This document shows, one piece after another, positions 39,881 through 52,800 of a DNA stretch of 64,000 nucleotides. Every line of letters starts with the position of its first letter. Position 1 is the first letter of the stretch. The DNA is from Raillietiella orientalis (Eukaryota). Where the stretch lies: contig JAYWIR010000112.1 in NCBI GenBank assembly GCA_036172245.1, positions 1-64,000 on the forward strand, read 5' to 3'. Under the pieces are notes generated by a model that searched no databases, had not been told where the DNA came from, and worked only from the letters and a program-made list of their open reading frames with translations. The translations under genes were made by a program, and so were the position numbers.

Positions 39881-42800
39881 GAAAGCGAGTATGTTCCTTC
39901 GATGTGATTCATTATGTGGTCAAAATTTACAACTTTTGTGAGTTTTCATCAATTCTAAATCAGGACATTTCACCAATGCACTTTTGCTCTTTCTCGCGAA
40001 GCATCCATTTGCAGTGAGCTGCAAATTCACAGAATGGAGCCGCACATCATTCCAATTTCTTGTTTTCAGAGGATGACTAATAGGATTCCTACATTTCATT
40101 ATGATGGGGCACTTTTGATTCTGCGCTGTTTTCATGGCAACCAGCGTCGGAATTTGAAAGCGAGTGTTTTCCTTCGATGTGATTCATTATGTGGTCAAGA
40201 TTTACAACTTTTTTGAGTTGTAATCAATTCCAAATCAGTACATTTGACCATTGCACTTTTGCTCTTTCTCGCGAAGCATCCATTTGCAGTGAGCTGCAAA
40301 TTCACGGAATGGAGCCGCACATCATTCCAATTTCTTGGTTTCAGAGGATGACTAAGAGCATTCCTACATTTCATTATGATGGGGCACTTTTGACTCTGCG
40401 CTGTTTTCATGGCAACCAGCGTCGGAATTAGAAAGCGAGTGTTTTTCTTCGATGTGATTCATTATGTGGTCAATATTTACAACTTCTGTGAGTTGTAATC
40501 AATTGCAAATCAGGACATTTCACCATTGCACTTTTGCGCTTTCTGGCGAAGCATCCATTTGCAGTGAGCTGCAAATTCACGGAATGGAGCCGGACATCAT
40601 TCCAATTTCTTGGTATCAGAGGATGACTAAGTGGATTCCTACATTTCATTATGGTGAGGCATTCTTGACTCTGCGCTGTTTGCATGGCACCAGCTTCGGA
40701 ATTTGAAAGCGAGTGTTTTCCTTCGATGTGATTCATTATGTGGTCAAGATTTACAACTTTTGTGAGTTTTCATCAATTCTAAATCAGGACATTTCACCAA
40801 TGCACTTTTGCTCTTTCTCGCGATGCATCCATTTGCAGTGAGCTGCAAATTCACGGAATGGAGCCGCACATCATTCCAATTTCTTGGTTTCAGAGGATGA
40901 CTAAGAGGATTCCTACATTTCATTATGATGGGGCACTTTTGATTCTGCGCTGTTTTCATGGCAACCAGCGTCGGAATTTGAAAGCGAGTGTTTTCCTTCG
41001 ATGTGATTCATTATGTGGTCAAGATTTACAACTTTAGTGAGTTGTAATCAACTGCAAATCAGGACATTTCACCATTGCACTTTTGCTCTTTCTCGCGAAG
41101 CATCCATTTGCAGTGAGCTGCAAATTCACGGAGTATAGCCGAACATCATTCCAACTTCTTGGTTTCAGAGGATGACTAAGGGGATTCCTACATTTAATTA
41201 TGGTGGGGCACTTTTGACTCTGCGCTGTTTCCATGGCAAGCAGCGTTGGAATTAGAAGGCGAGTGTTTTCCTTCGATGTGATCGATTATGTGGTCAAAAT
41301 TTACAACTTTTGTGAGTTGTAATCAATTGCAAATCAGGACATTTCACCATTGCACTTTTGCGCTTTCTCGCGAAGCATCCATTTGCAGTGAGCTGCAAAT
41401 TCACGGAGTATAGCCGAACATCATTCCAGTATCTTGGTTTCAGAGGATGACTAAGGGGATTCCTACATTTAATTATGGTGGGGCACTTTTGACTCTGCGC
41501 TGTTTTCACGGCAAGCAGCGTTCGAATTAGAAAGCGAGTGTTTTCCTTCGATGTGATCCATTATGTGGTGAAAATTTAAAACTTTTGTGAGTTGTAATCA
41601 ATTGCAAATCAGGACATTTCACCATTGCACTTTTGCGCTTTCTCGCGAAGCATCCATTTGCAGTGAGCTGCAAATTCACGGAATGAAGCGCACATCATTC
41701 CAATTTCTTGGTTTAAAGGATGACTAAGAGGATTCCTACATTTCATTATGGTGGGGCACTTTTGACTCTGCGCTGTTTTCATGGCAACGAGAGTCGGAAT
41801 TAGAAAGCGAGTATGTTCCTTCGATGTGATTCATTATGTGGTCAAAATTTACAAGTTTTGTGAGTTTTCATCAATTCTAAATCAGGACATTTCACCAATG
41901 CACTTTTGCTCTTTCTCGCGAAGCATCCATTTGCAGTGAGCTGCAAATTCACGGAATGGAGCCGCACATCATTCCAATTTCTTGGTTTCAGAGGATGACT
42001 AATAGGATTCCTACATTTCATTATGATGGGGCACTTTTGATTCTGCGCTGTTTTCATGGCAACCAGCGTCGGAATTTGAAAGCGAGTGTTTTCCTTCGAT
42101 GTGATTCATTATGTGGTCAAGATTTACAACTTTTTTGAGTTGTAATCAATTCCAAATCAGTACAATTGACCATTGCACTTTTGCTCTTTCTCGCGAAGCA
42201 TCCATTTGCAGTGAGCTGCAAATTCACGGAATGGAGCCGCACATCATTCCAATTTCTTGGTTTCAGAGGATGACTAAGAGGATTCCTACATTTCATTATG
42301 ATGGGGCACTTTTGACTCTGCGCTGTTTTCATGGCAACCAGCGTCGGAATTAGAAAGCGAGTGTTTATCTTCGATGTGATTCATTATGTGGTCAAAATTA
42401 ACAACTTTTGTGAGTTGTAATCAATTCCAAATCAGTACATTTCACCATTGCACTTTTGCTCTTTCTCGCGAAGCATCCATTTGCAGTGAGCTGCAAATTC
42501 ACGGAGTATAGCCGAACATCATTCCAATTTCTTGGTTTCAGAGGATGACTAAGGGGATTCCTACATTTAATTATGGTGGGGCACTTTTGACTCTGCGCTG
42601 TTTTCACGGCAAGCAGCGTTGGAATTAGAAAGCGAGTGTTTTCCTTCGATGTGATCCATTATGTGGTCAAAATTTACAACTTCTGTGAGTTGTAATCAAT
42701 TGCAAATCAGGACATTTCACCATTGCACTTTTGCGCTTTCTGGCGGAGCATCCATTTGCAGTTAGCTGCAAATTCACGGAATGGAGCCGCACATCATTCC

Positions 42801-44244
42801 AATTTCTTGGTTTCAGAGGATGACTAAATGGATTCCTACATTTCATTATGGTGGGGCATTCTTGACTCTGCGCTGTTTGCATGGCAACCAGCGTCGGAAA
42901 TTGAAAGCGAGTGTTTTCCTTCGATGTGATTCATTATGTGGTCAAGATTTACAACTTTTGTGAGATTTCATCAATTCTAAATCAGGACATTTCACTAATG
43001 CACTTTTGCTCTTTCTCGCGATGCATCCATTTGCAGTGAGCTGCAAATTCACGGAATGGAGCCGCACATCATTCCAATTTCTTGGTTTCAGAGGATGACT
43101 AAGAGGATTCCTACATTTCATTATGATGGGGCACTTTTGATTCTGCGCTGTTTTCATGGCAACCAGCGTCGGAATTTGAAAGCGAGTGTTTTCCTTCGAT
43201 GTGATTCATTATGTGGTCAAGATTTACAACTTTTTTGAGTTGTAATCAATTCCAAATCAGTACATTTGACCATTGCACTTTTGCTCTTTCTCGCGAAGCA
43301 TCCATTTGCAGTGAGCTGCAAATTCACGGAATGGAGCCGCACATCATTCCAATTTCTTGGTTTCAGAGGATGACTAAGGGGATTCCTACATTTCATTATG
43401 GTGGGGCACTTTTGACTCTGCGCTGTTTTCACGGCAAGCAGCGTTTGAATTAGAAAGCGAGTGTTTTCCTTCGATGTGATCCATTATGTGGTCAAAATTT
43501 ACAACTTCTGTGAGTTGTAATCAATTGCAAATCAGGACATTTCACCATTGCACTTTTGCGCTTTCTGGCGAAGCATCCATTTGCAGTGAGCTGCAAATTC
43601 AAGGAATGGAGCCTCACATCATTCCAATTTCTTGGTATCAGAGGATGACTAAGTGGATTCCTACATTTCATTATGGTGGGGCATTCTTGACTCTGCGCTG
43701 TTTGCATGGCAACCAGCGTCGGAATTTGAAAGCGAGTGTTTTCCTTCGATGTGATTCATTATGTCGTCAAGATTTACAACTTTTTTGAGTTGTAATCAAT
43801 TCCAAATCAGTACATTTAACCATTGCACTTTTGCTCTTTCTCGCGAAGCATCCATTTGCAGTGAGCTGCAAATTCACGGAATGGAGCCGCACATCATTCC
43901 AATTTCTTAGTTTCAGAGGATGACTAAGAAAATTCCTACATTTCATTATGGTGGGGCACTTTTGACTCTGCGCTGTTTTCATGGCAACCAGCGTCGGAAT
44001 TAGAAAGCGAGTGTTTTCCTTCGATGTGATTTATTATGTGGTCAAAATTATCAACTTTTGTGAGTTGTAATCAATTCCAAATCAGGACATTTCACCAATG
44101 CACTTTTGCTTTTTCTCGCGAAGCATCCATTTGCAGTGAGCTGCAAATTCACGGAATGGAGCCGCACATATTCGAATTTCTTGGTTTCAGAGGATGACTA
44201 AGAGGATTCCTACATTTCATTATGATGGGGCACTTTTGATTCTG

Positions 44245-47200
44245 CGCTGTTTACATGGCAACCAGCGTCGGAATTTGAAAGCTAGTGTTTTCCTTCGATG
44301 TGATTCATTATGTGGTCAAGATTTACAACTTTTGTGAGTTGTAATCAACTGCAAATCAGGACATTTCACCATTGCACTTTTGCTCTTTCTCGCGAAGCAT
44401 CCATTTGCAGTGAGCTGCAAATTCACGGAGTATAGCCGAACATCATTCCAATTTCTTGGTTTCAGAGGATGACTAAGGGGATTCCTACATTTCATTATGG
44501 TGGGGCATTTTTGACTCTGCGCTGTTTGCATGGCAACCAGCGTCGGAATTTGAAAGCGAGTGTTTTCCTTCGATGTGATTCATTATGTGGTCAAGATTTA
44601 CAACTTTTGTGAGTTGTAATCAACTGCAAATCAGGACATTTCACCATTGCACTTTTGCTTTTTCTCGCGAAGCATCCATTTGCAGTGAGCTGCAAATTCA
44701 CGGAATGGAGCCGCACATTATTCCAATTTCTTGGTTTCAGAGGATGACTAAGGGGATTCCTACATTTCATTATGGTGGGGCATTTTTGACTCTGCGCTGT
44801 TTGCATGGCAACCAGCGTCGGAATTTGAAAGCGAGTGTTTTCCTTCGATGTGATCCATTATGTGGTCAAAATTAACAACTTTTGTGAGTTGTAATCAATT
44901 CCAAATCAGGACATTTCACCAATGCACTTTTCCTTTTTCTCGCGAAGCATCCATTTGCAGTGAGCTGCAAATTCACGGAATGGAGCCGCACATTATTCCA
45001 ATTTCTTGGTTTCAGAGGATGACTAAGAGGATTCCTACATGTCATTATGATGGGGCACTTTTGATTCTGCGCTGTTTACATGGCAACCAGCGTCGGAATT
45101 TGAAAGCGAGTGTTTTCCTTCGATGTGATTCATTATGTGGTCAAGATTTACAACTTTTGTGAGTTGGAATCAACTGCAAATCAGGACATTTCACCATTGC
45201 ACTTTTGCTCTTTCTCGCGAAGCATTCATTTGCAGTGAGCTGCAAATTCACGGAGTATAGCCGAACATCATTCCAATTTCTTGGTTTCAGAGGATGACTA
45301 AGGGGATTCCTACATTTAATTATGCTGGGGCACTTTTGACTCTGCGCTGTTTCCATGGCAAGCAGCGTTGGAATTAGAAGGCGAGTGTTTTCCTTCGATG
45401 TGATCGATTATGTGGTCAAAATTTACAACTTTTGTGAGTTGTAATCAATTGCAAATCAGGACATTTGGCCATTGCACTTTTGCGCTTTCTGGCGAAGCAT
45501 CCATTTGCAGTGAGCTGCAAATTCACGGAATGGAGCCGCACATCATTCCAATTTCTTGGTTTCAGAGGATGACTAAGAGGATTCCTACATTTCATTATGG
45601 TGGGGCATTTTTGACTCTGCGCTGTTTGCATGGCAACCAGCGTCGGAATTTGAAAGCGAGTGTTTTCCTTCGATGTGATTCATTATGTGGTCAAGATTTA
45701 CAACTTTTTTGAGTTGTAATCAATTCCAAATCAGTACATTTGACCATTGCACTTTTGCTCTTTCTCGCGAAGCATCCATTTGCAGTGAGCTGCAAATTCA
45801 CGGAATGGATCCGCACATCATTCCAATTTCTTGGTTTCAGAGGATGACTAAGAGGATTCCTACATTTCATTATGATGGGGCACTTTTGACTCTGCGCTGT
45901 TTTCATGGCAACCAGCGTCGGAATTAGGAAGCGAGTGTTTTCCTTCGATGTGATTCATTATGTGGTCAAAATTTACAACTTCTGTGAGTTTTCATCAATT
46001 CTAAATCAGGACATTTCACCATTGCACTTTTGCTCTTTCTCGCGAAGCATCCATTTGCAGTGAGCTGCAAATTCACGGAATGTAGCCGCACATCATTCCA
46101 ATTTCTTTGTTGCAGAGGATGACTAAGAGGATTCCTACATTTCATTATGATGGGGCACATTTGACTCTGCGCTGTTTTCATGGCAACCAGCGTCGGAATT
46201 GGAAAGCGAGTGTTTTCCTTCGATGTGATCCATTATGTGGTCAAAATTTACAACTGTTTTGAGTTTTCATAAATTCTAAATCATGACGTTTCATTATTGC
46301 ACTTTTGCTCTTTCTCGCGAAGCATCCATTTGCAGTGAGCTGCAAATTCACGGAATGGAGCCGCACATCATTCCAATTTCTTTGTTTCAGTGGATGAATA
46401 AGAGGATTCCTGCATTTCATCATGGTGGGGCACTTTTGACTCTGCGCTGTTTTCAAGGCAACCAGCGTGGGAACTAGAAAGCGAGTGTTTTCCTTCGATT
46501 TGATCCAGAACGTGGTCAAAATTTGCAAGTTTTGTGAGTTTTGATAAATTCTAAATCATGACATTTCATTATTGCACTTTTGCACTTTCTCGCGAAGCAT
46601 CCATTTGCAGTGAGCTGCAAATTCACGGAATGGAGCCGCTCATCATTCCAATTTCTTTGTTGCAGAGGATGACTAAGAGGATTCCTACATTTCATTATGA
46701 TGGGGCACATTTGACTCTGCGCTGTTTTCATGGCAATCAGCGTCGGAATTGGAAAGCGAGTGTTTTCCTTCGATGTGATCCATTATGTGGTCAAAATTTA
46801 CAACTGTTTTGAGTTTTCATAAATTCTAAATCATGACGTTTCATTATTGCACTTTTGCACTTTCTCGCGAAGCATCCATTTGCAGTGAGCTGCAAATTCA
46901 CGGAATGGAGCCGCACATCATTCCAATTTCTTTGTTTCAGTGGATGAATAAGAGGATTCCTACATTTCATTATGGAGGGGCACTTTTCACTCTGCGCTTT
47001 TTTTTATGGCAACCAGCGTGGGAATTAGAAAGCGAGTGTTTTCCTTCGATGTGATTCATTATGTGGTCAAGATTTACAAGTTTTGTGAGTTGTAATCAAC
47101 TGCAAATCAGGACATTTCACCATTGCACTTTTGCTCTTTCTCGCGAAGCATCCATTTGCAGTGAGCTGCAAATTCACGGAATGGAGCCGCACATCATTCC

Positions 47201-50200
47201 AATTTGTTGGTTTCACAGGATGACCAAGAGGATTCATACATTTCATTATGGTGGGGCACTTTTGACTTTGCGCTGTTTACATGGCAACCAGCGTCGGAAT
47301 TTGAAAGCTAGTGTTTTCCTTCGATGTGATTCATTATGTGGTCAAGATTTACAACTTTTGTGAGTTGTAATCAACTGCAAATCAGGACATTTCACCATTG
47401 CACTTTTGCTCTTTCTCGCGAAGCATCCATTTGCAGTGAGCTGCAAATTCACGGAGTATAGCCGAACATCATTCCAATTTCTTGGTTTCAGAGGATGACT
47501 AAGGGGATTCCTACATTTCATTATGGTGGGGCACTTTTGACTCTGCGCTGTTTTCATGGCAACCAGCGTCGGAATTTGAAAGCGAGTGTTTTCCTTCGAT
47601 GTGATTCATTATGTGGTCAAGATTTACAACTTTTGTGAGTTGTAATCAACTGCAAATCAGGACATTTCACCATTGCACTTTTGCTTTTTCTCGCGAAGCA
47701 TCCATTTGCAGTGAGCTGCAAATTCACGGAATGGAGCCGCACATTATTCCAATTTCTTGGTTTCAGAGGATGACTAAGGGGATTCCTACATTTCATTATG
47801 GTGGGGCATTTTTGACTCTGCGCTGTTTGCATGGCAACCAGCGTCGGAATTTGAAAGCGAGTGTTTTCCTTCGATGTGATCCATTATGTGGTCAAAATTA
47901 GCAACTTTTGTGAGTTGTAATCAATTCCAAATCAGGACATTTCACCAATGCACTTTTCCTTTTTCTCGCGAAGCATCCATTTGCAGTGAGCTGCAAATTC
48001 ACGGAATGGAGCCGCACATCATTCCAATTTCTTGGTTTCAGAGGATGACTAAGAGGATTCCTACATTTCATTATGATGGGGCACTTTTGATTCTGCGCTG
48101 TTTACATGGCAACCAGCGTCGGAATTTGAAAGCGAGTGTTTTCCTTCGATGTGATTCATTATGTGGTCAAGATTTACAACTTTTGTGAGTTGTAATCAAT
48201 TGCAAATCAGGACATTTCACCATTGCACTTTTGCTCTTTCTCGCGAAGCATCCATTTGCAGTGAGCTGCAAATTCACGGAGTATAGCCGAACATCATTCC
48301 AATTTCTTGGTTTCAGAGGATGACTAAGGGGATTCCTACATTTAATTATGGTGGGGCACTTTTGACTCTGCGCTGTTTCCATGGCAAGCAGCGTTGGAAT
48401 TAGAAGGCGAGTGTTTTCCTTCGATGTGATCGATTATGTGGTCAAAATTTACAACTTTTGTGAGTTGTAATCAATTGCAAATCAGGACATTTCACCATTG
48501 CACTTTTGCGCTTTCTGGCGAAGCATCCATTTGCAGTGAGCTGCAAATTCACGGAATGGAGCCGCACATCATTCCAATTTCTTGGTTTCAGAGGATGACT
48601 AAGAGGATTCCTACATTTCATTATGGTGGGGCATTTTTGACTCTGCGCTGTTTGCATGGCAACCAGCGTCGGAATTTGAAAGCGAGTGTTTTCCTTCGAT
48701 GTGATTCATTATGTGGTCAAGATTTACAACTTTTTTGAGTTGTAATCAATTCCAAATCAGTACATTTGACCATTGCACTTTTGCTCTTTCTCGCGAAGCA
48801 TCCATTTGCAGTGAGCTGCAAATTCACGGAATGGATCCGCACATCATTCCAATTTCTTGGTTTCAGAGGATGACTAAGAGGATTCCTACATTTCATTATG
48901 ATGGGGCACTTTTGACTCTGCGCTGTTTTCATGGCAACCAGCGTCGGAATTAGGAAGCGAGTGTTTTCCTTCGATGTGATTCATTATGTGGTCAAAATTT
49001 ACAACTTCTGTGAGTTTTCATCAATTCTAAATCAGGACATTTCACCATTGCACTTTTGCTCTTTCTCGCGAAGCATCCATTTGCAGTGAGCTGCAAATTC
49101 ACGGAATGTAGCCGCACATCATTCCAATTTCTTTGTTGCAGAGGATGACTAAGAGGATTCCTACATTTCATTATGATGGGGCACATTTGACTCTGCGCTG
49201 TTTTCATGGCAACCAGCGTCGGAATTGGAAAGCGAGTGTTTTCCTTCGATGTGATCCATTATGTGGTCAAAATTTACAACTGTTTTGAGTTTTCATAAAT
49301 TCTAAATCATGACGTTTCATTATTGCACTTTTGCTCTTTCTCGCGAAGCATCCATTTGCAGTGAGCTGCAAATTCACGGAATGGAGCCGCACATCATTCC
49401 AATTTCTTTGTTTCAGTGGATGAATAAGAGGATTCCTGCATTTCATCATGGTGGGGCACTTTTGACTCTGCGCTGTTTTCAAGGCAACCAGCGTGGGAAC
49501 TAGAAAGCGAGTGTTTTCCTTCGATATGATCCAGAACGTGGTCAAAATTTGCAAGTTTTGTGAGTTTTGATAAATTCTAAATCATGACATTTCATTATTG
49601 CACTTTTGCACTTTCTCGCGAAGCATCCATTTGCAGTGAGCTGCAAATTCACGGAATGGAGCCGCTCATCATTCCAATTTCTTTGTTGCAGAGGATGACT
49701 AAGAGGATTCCTACATTTCATTATGATGGGGCACATTTGACTCTGCGCTGTTTTCATGGCAACCAGCGTCGGAATTGGAAAGCGAGTGTTTTCCTTCGAT
49801 GTGATCCATTATGTGGTCAAAATTTACAACTGTTTTGAGTTTTCATAAATTCTAAATCATGACGTTTCATTATTGCACTTTTGCACTTTCTCGCGAAGCA
49901 TCCATTTGCAGTGAGCTGCAAATTCACGGAATGGAGCCGCACATCATTCCAATTTCTTTGTTTCAGTGGATGAATAAGAGGATTCCTACATTTCATTATG
50001 GAGGGGCACTTTTCACTCTGCGCTTTTTTTTATGGCAACCAGCGTGGGAATTAGAAAGCGAGTGTTTTCCTTCGATGTGATTCATTATGTGGTCAAGATT
50101 TACAAGTTTTGTGAGTTGTAATCAACTGCAAATCAGGACATTTCACCATTGCACTTTTGCTCTTTCTCGCGAAGCATCCATTTGCAGTGAGCTGCAAATT

Positions 50201-50296
50201 CACGGAATGGAGCCGCACATCATTCCAATTTGTTGGTTTCAGAGGATGACTAAGAGGATTCCTACATTTCATTAAGGTGGGGCACTTTTGACTCTG
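44245..50296. repeat. Tandem duplication of an 11-monomer unit (3026 bp x 2)
   Basis: GAAAGCTAGTG variant at 44281/47307; ORF pairs 44585/47611, 45685/48711, 45966/48992, 46833/49859 and 47061/50087, all offset 3026; a shared +1 poly-T variant at ~47000 and ~50026. Confidence 0.92.
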
Positions 50297-50329
50297 CGCT
50301 GTTCTCATGGCAACCAGCGTCGGAATTAG

Positions 50330-52800
50330 AAAGCGAGTGTTTTCCTTCTTTGTGATTCATTATGTGGTCAAAATGTACAAGTTTTGTGAGTTGTAATCAA
50401 TTCTAAATCAGGACGTTTCACCATTGCACTTTTGCTCTTTCTCGCGAAGCATCCATTTGCAGTGAGCTGCCAATTCACGGAATGGAGCCGCACATCATTC
50501 CAATTTCTTTGTTTCAGAGGATGACTAAGAGGATTCCTACATTTCATTATGATGGGGCACTTTTGACTCTGCGTTGTTTTCAAGGCAACCAGCGTGGGAC
50601 CTAGAAAGCGAGTGTTTTCCTTCGATGTGATCCATAACGTGGTCAAAATTTGCAACTTTTGTGAGTTGTAATCAATTGCTAATCAGGGCATTTCACCATT
50701 GCACTTTTGCTCTTTCTCGCGAAGCATCCATTTCCAGTGAGCTGCCAATTCACGGAATGGAGACGCACATCATTCCAATTTCTTTGTTTCAGTGGATGAA
50801 CAAGAGGATTCCTACATCTCATTATGGTGGGGCACTTTTGACTCTGCGCTGTTTGCATGGCAACCAGCGTTGGAATTAGAAAGCGAGTATTTTCCTTCGA
50901 TGTGATTCATTATGTGGTCAAAATTTACAACTTTTGTGGGTTGTAATTAATTCGAACTCAGGAGATTAAGCCATTGCTCTTCTGCTCTTTCTTGCGAAGC
51001 ATCCGTTTGAACTGAGCTGCAAATTCACGGAGTGGAGCCGCACATCATCCCAATTCCTTGGTTTCAGAGGATGACTAAGAGGATTCCCAGATTTCATTAC
51101 GGTGGGGCACTTTTCAATCTGCGCTGTTTTCATGGCAACCAGCGTCATATTTAGAAAGCGAGTATTTTCCTTATTTGTGATTCATGAGGTGGTGAAAATT
51201 TACAACTTTTGTGAGTTTTCATCAATTCTAAATCAGGACATTTCACCATTGCACTTTTGCTCTTTCTCGCGAAGCATCCATTTGCAGTGAGCTTCAAATT
51301 CACGGAATGGAGCCGCACATCTTTCCAATTTCTTTGTTTCAGAGGATGACTAAGAGGATTCCTACATTTCATTATGATGGGGCACTTTTGACTCTGCGCT
51401 GTTTTCAAGGCAACCAGCGTGGGAACTAAAAAGCGAGTGTTTTCCTTCGATGTGATCCATAACGTGGTCAAAATTAGCAACATTTGTGAGTTGTAATCAA
51501 TTGCTAATCAGGGCATTTCACCATTGCACTTTTGCTCTTTCTCGCGAAGCATCCATTTGCAGTGAGCTGCAAATTCACGGAGTATAGCCGAACATCATTC
51601 CAATTTCTTGGATTCAGAGGATGACTAAGAGGATTCCTACATTCAATTATGGTGGGCCACTTTTGACTCTGCGCTGTTTTCATGGCAACCAGCGTCGGAA
51701 TTAGAAAGCGAGTGTTTTCCTTCGATGTGATTCATTATGTGGTGAGAATTTACAACTTTTTTGAGTTTTCGTCAATGCTAAATCAGGACGTTTCACCATT
51801 GCACTTTTGCTCTTTCTCGCGAAACATCCATTTGCAGTAAGCTGGAAATTCACGGAATGGAGCAGCACATTATTCCAATTTCTTTGTTGCAGAGGATGAC
51901 TAAGAGGATTCCTACATTTCATTATGATAGGGCACTTTTCACTCTGCGCTGTTTTCATGGCAACCAGCGTCGGAATTAGAAAGCGAGTGTTTTTCTTCGA
52001 TGTGATTCATTATGTGGTGAGAATTTACAACTTTTGTGAGTTTTCATCAATTCTAAATCAGGACGTTTCACCATTGCACTTTTGCTATTTCTCGCGAAGT
52101 ATCCATTTGCAGTGAGCTGCAAATTCACGGAATGGAGCCGCACATCTTTCCAATTTCTTTGTTTCAGAGGATGACTAAGAGGATTCCTACATTTCTTTAT
52201 GATGGGGCACTTTTGACTCTGCGCTGTTTTCAAGGGAACCAGCGTGGGAACTAAAAAGCGAGGGTTTTCCTTCGATGTGATCCATAACGTGGTCAAAATT
52301 TGCAACTTTTGTGAGTTGTAATCAATTGCTTATCAGGGCATTTCACCATTGCACTTTTGCTCTTTCTCGCGAAGCATCCATTTCCAGTGAGCTGCCAATT
52401 CACGGAATGGAGACGGACATCATTCCAATTTCTTTGTTTCAGTGGATGAATAAGAGGATTCCTACATTTCATTATGGTGGGGCTCTTTTGACTCTGCGCT
52501 GTTTTCATGGCAACCAGCGTCGGAATTAGAAAGCGAGTATTTTCCTTCGATGTGATTCACGATGTGGTCAAAATTTACAAATTTTTTGGGTTGTAATTAA
52601 TTCGAACTCAGGCGATTAAGCCATTGCTCTTTTGCTCTTTCTTGCGAAGCATCCGTTTGAAGTGAGCTGCAAATTCACGGAGTGGAGCTGCACATCATCC
52701 CAATTTCTTTGTTTCAGAGGATGAATAAGAGGATTCCTACATTTCATTATGCTGAGGCACTTTTGACTCTGCGCTGTTTTCATGGCAACCAGCGTCGGAA
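50330..52800. repeat. Degenerate 3-monomer (825 bp) / 6-monomer (1650 bp) higher-order repeat
   Basis: TCCATAACGTGGTC at 50631, 51456 and 52281 (825-bp spacing); ORF pairs 50661/52311 and 50966/52616 (1650-bp spacing). Confidence 0.78.
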
